64,000 nt of DNA. Origin: the human T2T-CHM13v2.0 reference genome, Homo sapiens. This document shows positions 56,501 to 64,000 of this stretch, piece after piece (positions within the stretch are counted from its first letter, which is position 1; each line of letters opens with the position of its first letter). Under the pieces are notes generated by a model. It saw only the letters and a program-made list of their open reading frames with translations, was not told the DNA's origin and searched no databases. The DNA lies in NCBI RefSeq assembly GCF_009914755.1, contig NC_060948.1. One strand, given 5' to 3'. Position numbers and translations under genes: made by a program.

Positions 56501-57151
56501 GAATGGAATGAAAAAGAATTGAATGGAATAGAACAGAATGGAATCAAATCGAATGAAATGGAATGGAATAGAAAGGAATGGAATGAAATGGAATGGAAAG
56601 GATTCGAATGGAATGCAATCGAATGGAATGGAATCGAACGGAATGGAATAAAATGGAAGAAAACTGGCAAGAAATGGAATCGAAATGAATGGAGTGTTAT
56701 AGAACGGACTCAAAAGGAATTGAATGTAATAGAATGGAGTGGAGTGGACTCGAATATAATGGACTGGAATGGAATGAAATCACATGGAATGGGAACGAAT
56801 GGAATGGAATGGAAAGGAATGGAATTGAATGGAAAGGAATCGAATGGAAGGGAATGAAATTGAATCAACAGGAATGGAAGGGAATAGAATAGACGGTAAT
56901 GGAATGGACTCGAATTGAATGGACACGAATGCTCAAATTGAATGGACTCGAATGGAATGGAAACGAAAGGAATGTCATCGAATGGAATTGAATCGATTGG
57001 AATGAAATCGCATAGAATGGAGTGGAATCAAATGGAATTGAATCGAAAGGAAAGGAAGCGAATGGACTGAAATGAAATGGAATGGAATTGAATGGAAAGT
57101 AATGCAATGGAATAGAATGGAACGAAATTTCACGGAATGGAATCAAACTGA
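53589..57151 (+). repeat. DYZ1 unit 16, A/B chimeric, 3563 bp
   Basis: A alleles up to 55157 (with one B allele at 54912), B alleles from 55307 onward. Confidence 0.85.
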
Positions 57152-60100
57152 ATGGAATCAAATCAATGGAATCTAATCAAATGGAATGGAAAGGAATTGA
57201 ATGGAGTAGATTGGATTGGATGGGATTGGAATGAAATGTACTGGAAAGGACTCGAATTTCATGAAACGGAATGGAATGAATTGGAACGGAATGGACTCGA
57301 ATGGAATGGAATGTCATGGAATGGCATCAAATGGAATGGCATCAAATGGAATGGAATCGAATGCAATGTAATGCTATGGAATGAAATGGAATGCATTGGA
57401 ATGGAATGTCCTGTAATGGAATGGATTCGAGTGGAATGGAATCGAATATAATGGAGTCGAATGAAATGGAATTGAAAGGAATGGGATCGAATACAATGGA
57501 ATATACTGGAATGTAATGTAATGAACTCGAATGTAATTGACTGGAATGGAATGTACATGAATGGAATGTAATCGAATGGAAAGTAATCCAATGGAATAGA
57601 ATCTAATGCAATAAAATCGACTCAGATAGAGTAGAATGTAATGGAATGGAGTGCAGTGCAATGGAATGGAATGGAATGGAATGCAATGGAATGGAATGGA
57701 ATGGAATGGAATGGAATTTAATGGAATGGGATGGAATGGTATGGAATGGATAGTAATGGACTGGAGTGAAATGGACTGGAAAGGAATGGACTCAAATTGA
57801 AAGGGCTCGAAAGGAATGGAGTCAAATGGAATGGTCTGGAATGGAATGAACACGAATGTAATGCAATCCAATAGAATGGTATCGAATGGCATGGAATATA
57901 AAGAAATGGAATCGAAGAGAATGGAAACAAATGGAATGGAATTGAATGGAATGGAATTGAATGGAATGGGAACGAATGGAGTGAAATTGTATGCAGTAGA
58001 AGGTAATAGAATGGAATGCAAGCGAAAGGAAAGGAATGGATTGGAATGGAATGGAATTCATTGGAATGGAAGGGAATGTAGTGTAATGGACAGGTCTGGA
58101 ATAAAGTGGAATGCTACGGTCTCAATGGAATAAAAATGTATGGAATGGAATGCAATGAAACGGAATCGAATGTCATAGAATGTAATGGAATGCAAAAAAA
58201 TGGAATCCAAAATCATTGACTGGAAAGGCTGGGTGTCGAAAGGAATTGACTCCAATGGAATGGAATCGAATGGAATGGAAGTGAATAGAATCGAACTAAA
58301 TCGAATGGAATGGAATTGATAGGAACGGAATGGAAAGGAATGCAATGATTTGGCATGGAATGGAATCGAATGGCATCGAATGGAATGGAATGGAATGCAA
58401 TGGAATGGAATGTATTAGAATGTAATGAACTTTAATGGAATGTACTCGAATGGATTCGACTGGAATGGAATGTTCTGGAAGTGAATGGACTCCAATGGAA
58501 TGGATTCCAAAGGAATGGAATCGTACGGAATGGAATCTAATGGAATGGAATTAAATGGAAATGAATCAAATTGAATAGCACGGAATTGAATTGAATGGAA
58601 TGGAATGCAATGGAATCTAATGAAACGGAAAGGAAAGGAATGGAATGGAATGGAATGGGCTGGAATGGAAAGGAATCGAAACGAATGGAATGGAATCGAA
58701 CTGAAGAGACTGGAATGGAATGCACTGGAATGGAAGGGAGTGTAATGGAAGGTTCTCGAAAAAAATGGAATCGAATGGAATGGAATTGAATGGAACGGAA
58801 TAGAGTCGAATGGAATTGAATGGAATGGAATGGACTAGAGTGAAATGGAATCGAACCACAAGGAATGGAGAGGAATAGAATGGTCTCGAATTGAATGGAA
58901 TCGTATGGAATGGCATCAAACGGAATGGAATGGACAGCCACGGAATGGAATGCACTCGAATGCAATGGAGTCGAAACTAATGGACTGGAATAGAATGGAC
59001 TCGACTGGTACGGACTCCAATGGAATGGAATCGAATGGAAGGGAATCGAACGGAATGGACTCGAAGGGAAAAGACTGCAATGGAAAGGTCTCGAATGGAA
59101 TGGAAATTAATGGAATGGAATGGAATCGAATGAAATGGAGTCAAAAGGAATGGAATCGAATGGCAACAAATCGAATGTAATGGAATCGCAAGGAATTGAT
59201 GTGAACGGAACGGAATGGAATGGAATCCAAAGGAATGGAATAGAATGGAATGGAATCGAATGGAAAGGACTCGAATGGAAATCACTCGAATAGAATGCAA
59301 TTTAATAAAATAGGATCAAATTTAATGGAATGGAATGGAAAGGAATCGAAACGAAAGGAATGGAGACAGATGGAATGGAATGGAACAGAGAGCAATGGTA
59401 TAGAATGGAATGGAATCATCTGGAATGGAATTGAATGGAATGGAATAATATGAAATGGAATGGAATGGAATGGAATGGAATGCCCTTGAATTAAATGGAC
59501 TGGAATGGAATGGACTCGAACAGAGTGGAATGGAAAGTGTTGAGATAGAATGGAATGGACTCCTTTGGAATGGTGTAGTATGCAATGCAATCGACTGGCA
59601 GGGAATCAAAAGGAATGTAATGGAATGGACTGGACTGGAATGCAATGGACTCGAATAGATTGGAAACGGAATGCAAAGGAATGGAATGGAATAGTATGGA
59701 ATGGAATGGAAAGGAATGGAGTGGAATAGACTAGAGTGGAATGGAATGGACTGGAAAGCAATGGACTGGAATGGAACTTTCTTGAATGGACTAGAATCAA
59801 ACGGAATGGAATGCAATGCAATCAAATGGCATGGAATAAAATAGAATGAAAGAGAATCAAATGGAATTGAATCGAATGGAATCGAATGGATTGGAAAGGA
59901 ATAGAATGGAATGGAATGGAATTGACTCAAATGGAATGGACTAGAATGGAATGGATTCGAATGGAAGGCAAAGGAATGGAATCTATTGGAATGGACTGTA
60001 ATGGAATGGAATGGAAGGGATTGGAATGGACTCGAATGGAATGGACTGCAATAGAAAGGATTCGAATGGAATGAAAAAGAATTGAATGGAATAGAACAGA

Positions 60101-60714
60101 ATGGAATCAAATCGAATGAAATGGAATGGAATAGAAAGGAATGGAATGAAATGGAATGGAAAGGATTCGAATGGAATGCAATCGAATGGAATGGAATCGA
60201 ACGGAATGGAATAAAATGGAAGAAAACTGGCAAGAAATGGAATCGAAATGAATGGAGTGTTATGGAACGGACTCAAAAGGAATTGAATGTAATAGAATGG
60301 AGTGGAGTGGACTCGAATATAATGGACTGGAATGGAATGAAATCACATGGAATGGGAACGAATGGAATGGAATGGAAAGGAATGGAATCGAATGGAAAGG
60401 AATCGAATGGAAGGGAATGAAATTGAATCAACAGGAATGGAAGGGAATAGAATAGACGGTAATGGAATGGACTCGAATAGAATGGACATGAATGCTCAAA
60501 TTGAATGGACTCGAATGGAATGGAAACGAAAGGAATGTCATCGAATGGAATTGAATCGATTGGAATGAAATCGCATAGAATGGAGTGGAATCAAATGGAA
60601 TTGAATCGAAAGGAAAGGAAGCGAATGGACTGAAATGAAATGGAATGGAATTGAATGGAAAGTAATGCAATGGAATAGAATGGAACGAAATTTCACGGAA
60701 TGGAATCAAACTGA
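57152..60714 (+). repeat. DYZ1 unit 17, A-type, 3563 bp
   Basis: GGTC allele; TCAAATTTAA and ACATGAATGC alleles shared with unit 1. Confidence 0.9.
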
Positions 60715-63700
60715 ATGGAATCAAATCAATGGAAGCCAATCAAATGGAATGGAAAGGAATTGAATGGAGTAGATTGGATTGGATGGGATTGGAATGAAAT
60801 GTACTGGAAAGGACTCGAATTTCATGAAACGGAATGGAATGAATTGGAACGGAATGGACTCGAATGGAATGGAATGTCATGGAATGGCATCAAATGGAAT
60901 GGCATCAAATGGAATGGAATCGAATGCAATGGAATGCTATGGAATGGAATGGAATGCATTGGAATGGAATGTCCTCTAATGGAATGGATTCGAGTGGAAT
61001 GGAATCGAATATAATGGAGTCGAATGAAATGGAATTGAAAGGAATGGGATCGAATACAATGGAATATACTGGAATGTAATGTAATGAACTCGAATGTAAT
61101 TGACTGGAATGGAATGTACATGAATGGAATGTAATCGAATGGAAAGTAATCCAATGGAATAGAATCTAATGCAATAAAATCGACTCAGATAGAGTAGAAT
61201 GTAATGGAATGGAGTGCAGTGCAATGGAATGGAATGGAATGGAATGCAATGGAATGGAATGGAATGGAATGGAATGGAATGGAATGGAATTTAATGGAAT
61301 GGGATGGAATGGTATGGAATGGATAGTAATGGACTGGAGTGAAATGGACTGGAAAGGAATGGACTCAAATTGAAAGGGCTCGAAAGGAATGGAGTCAAAT
61401 GGAATGGTCTGGAATGGAATGAACACGAATGTAATGCAATCCAATAGAATGGTATCGAATGGCATGGAATATAAAGAAATGGAATCGAAGAGAATGGAAA
61501 CAAATGGAATGGAATTGAATGGAATGGAATTGAATGGAATGGGAACGAATGGAGTGAAATTGTATGCAGTAGAAGGTAATAGAATGGAATGCAAGCGAAA
61601 GGAAAGGAATGGATTGGAATGGAATGGAATTCATTGGAATGGAAGGGAATGTAGTGTAATGGACAGGTCTGGAATAAAGTGGAATGCTACGGTCTCAATG
61701 GAATAAAAATGTATGGAATGGAATGCAATGAAACGGAATCGAATGTCATAGAATGTAATGGAATGCAAAAAAATGGAATCCAAAATCATTGACTGGAAAG
61801 GCTGGGTGTCGAAAGGAATTGACTCCAATGGAATGGAATCGAATGGAATGGAAGTGAATAGAATCGAACTAAATCGAATGGAATGGAATTGATAGGAACG
61901 GAATGGAAAGGAATGCAATGATTTGGCATGGAATGGAATCGAATGGCATCGAATGGAATGGAATGGAATGCAATGGAATGGAATGTATTAGAATGTAATG
62001 AACTTTAATGGAATGTACTCGAATGGATTCGACTGGAATGGAATGTTCTGGAAGTGAATGGACTCCAATGGAATAGATTCAAAAGGAATGGAATCGTACG
62101 GAATGGAATCAAATGGAATGGAATTAAATGGAAATGAATCAAATTGAATAGCACGGAATTGAATGGAATGGAATGGAATGCAATGGAATCTAATGAAACG
62201 GAAAGGAAAGGAATGGAATGGAATGGAATGGGCTGGAATGGAAAGGAATCGAAACGAATGGAATGGAATCGAACTGAAGAGACTGGAATGGAATGCACTG
62301 GAATGGAAGGGAGTGTAATGGAAGGTTCTCGAAAAAAATGGAATCGAATGGAATGGAATTGAATGGAACGGAATAGAGTCGAATGGAATTGAATGGAATG
62401 GAATGGACTAGAGTGAAATGGAATCGAACCACAAGGAATGGAGAGGAATAGAATGGTCTCGAATTGAATGGAATCGTATGGAATGGCATCAAACGGAATG
62501 GAATGGACAGCCACGGATTGGAATGCACTCGAATGCAATGGAGTCGAAACTAATGGACTGGAATAGAATGGACTCGACTGGTACGGACTCCAATGAAATG
62601 GAATCGAATGGAAGGGAATCGAACGGAATGGACTCGAAGGGAAAAGACTGCAATGGAAAGGTCTCGAATGGAATGGAAATTAATGGAATGGAATGGAATC
62701 GAATGAAATGGAGTCAAAAGGAATGGAATCGAATGGCAACAAATCGAATGTAATGGAATCGCAAGGAATTGATGTGAACGGAACGGAATGGAATGGAATC
62801 CAAAGGAATGGAATAGAATGGAATGGAATCGAATGGAAAGGACTCGAATGGAAATCACTCGAATAGAATGCAATTTAATAAAATAGGATCAAATGTAATG
62901 GAATGGAATGGAAAGGAATCGAAACCAAAGGAATGGAGACAGATGGAATGGAATGGAACAGAGAGCAATGGTATAGAATGGAATGGAATCATCTGGAATG
63001 GAATTGAATGGAATGGAATAATATGAAATGGAATGGAATGGAATGGAATGGAATGCCCTTGAATTAAATGGACTGGAATGGAATGGACTCGAACAGAGTG
63101 GAATGGAATGTGTTGAGATAGAATGGAATGGACTCCTTTGGAATGGTGTAGTATGCAATGCAATCGACTGGCAGGGAATCAAAAGGAATGTAATGGAATG
63201 GACTGGACTGGAATGCAATGGACTCGAATAGATTGCAAACGGAATGCAAAGGAATGGAATGGAATAGTATGGAATGGAATGGAAAGGAATGGAGTGGAAT
63301 AGACTAGAGTGGAATGGAATGGACTGGAAAGCAATGGACTGGAATGGAACTTTCTTGAATGGACTAGAATCAAACGGAATGGAATGCAATGCAATCAAAT
63401 GGCATGGAATAAAATAGAATGAAAGAGAATCAAATGGAATTGAATCGAATGGAATCGAATGGATTGGAAAGGAATAGAATGGAATGGAATGGAATTGACT
63501 CAAATGGAATGGACTAGAATGGAATGGATTCGAATGGAAGGCAAAGGAATGGAATCTATTGGAATGGACTGTAATGGAATGGAATGGAAGGGATTGGAAT
63601 GGACTCGAATGGAATGGACTGCAATAGAAAGGATTCGAATGGAATGAAAAAGAATTGAATGGAATAGAACAGAATGGAATCAAATCGAATGAAATGGAAT

Positions 63701-64000
63701 GGAATAGAAAGGAATGGAATGAAATGGAATGGAAAGGATTCGAATGGAATGCAATCGAATGGAATGGAATCGAACGGAATGGAATAAAATGGAAGAAAAC
63801 TGGCAAGAAATGGAATCGAAATGAATGGAGTGTTATGGAACGGACTCAAAAGGAATTGAATGTAATAGAATGGAGTGGAGTGGACTCGAATATAATGGAC
63901 TGGAATGGAATGAAATCACATGGAATGGGAACGAATGGAATGGAATGGAAAGGAATGGAATCGAATGGAAAGGAATCGAATGGAAGGGAATGAAATTGAA
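60715..64000 (+). repeat. DYZ1 unit 18 (partial), A-type with +10-bp pentamer expansion
   Basis: Eight GGAAT at 61251-61290 versus six in other A units; shares the 62596, 62926 and 63109 alleles with unit 2. Confidence 0.9.

Larger units (their letters stand above)
1..64000 (+). repeat. DYZ1: Human satellite 3 array, DYZ1 (Yq12) ~3.56-kb repeat, GGAAT strand on +
   Basis: Seen: continuous diverged GGAAT pentamers; unique landmarks recur every 3548-3569 bp; one EcoRI GAATTC per unit (1069, 4617, ...); landmark GGAATTCATTGGAATGGAAGGGAATGTAGTGTAATGGACAGG(C/T)CTGGAATAAAGTGGA. Established (from memory, not searched): DYZ1 is a 3564-bp HSat3 unit defined by HaeIII/EcoRI, and this landmark is the reverse complement of the start of the classic DYZ1 clone sequence. 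Confidence 0.95.

Noticed and set aside
167-63993. All other short ORFs on both strands (MEWNG..., HSIPF...)
   Set aside because: They overlap in all frames, recur with the repeat unit and are gained or lost through single SNPs, so they are artefacts of the pentamer.
1-64000. CRISPR-like or repeat-spacer array interpretation
   Set aside because: There are no unique spacers between conserved repeats; everything is diverged pentamer repeated at 3.56 kb, and there are no cas-like genes.
1-64000. DYZ2/HSat1B blocks, Alu/L1 insertions or strand inversions
   Set aside because: None seen. Unit spacing is continuous and the GGAAT orientation never flips.
1-64000. HSat2 assignment because of frequent TCGAAT
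   Set aside because: HSat2-type CATCATCGAATGG/GAATCATCG motifs are not dominant, and the 3.56-kb period and landmark sequence fit HSat3 DYZ1.

Overview
The whole 64 kb window is one uninterrupted, head-to-tail array of (GGAAT)n-derived human satellite 3. The G/A-rich strand is on +. It is organised into ~3.56-kb units that I recognise as DYZ1, the Yq12 heterochromatin repeat. There are 17 complete units plus partial units at each edge. I see no genes, RNA genes, transposon insertions, inversions or DYZ2/HSat1B blocks, and every ORF in the track is a translation artefact of the pentamer. The informative structure is in the variation between units. Two haplotypes, A and B, alternate strictly from ~3.7 to ~53.6 kb, giving a ~7.1-kb dimer. 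Pairs of dimers form a 14,249-bp four-unit higher-order repeat present in about three tandem copies. This is followed by an A/B chimeric unit and then by units resembling those at the left edge. A-type units carry three perfect heat-shock elements (nGAAnnTTCnnGAAn), and B-type SNPs break two of them. I found no novel protein-coding system. All comparisons were made by eye. Unit boundaries are arbitrary and anchored on the recurring 'ATGGAATCAAATCAATGG' position.
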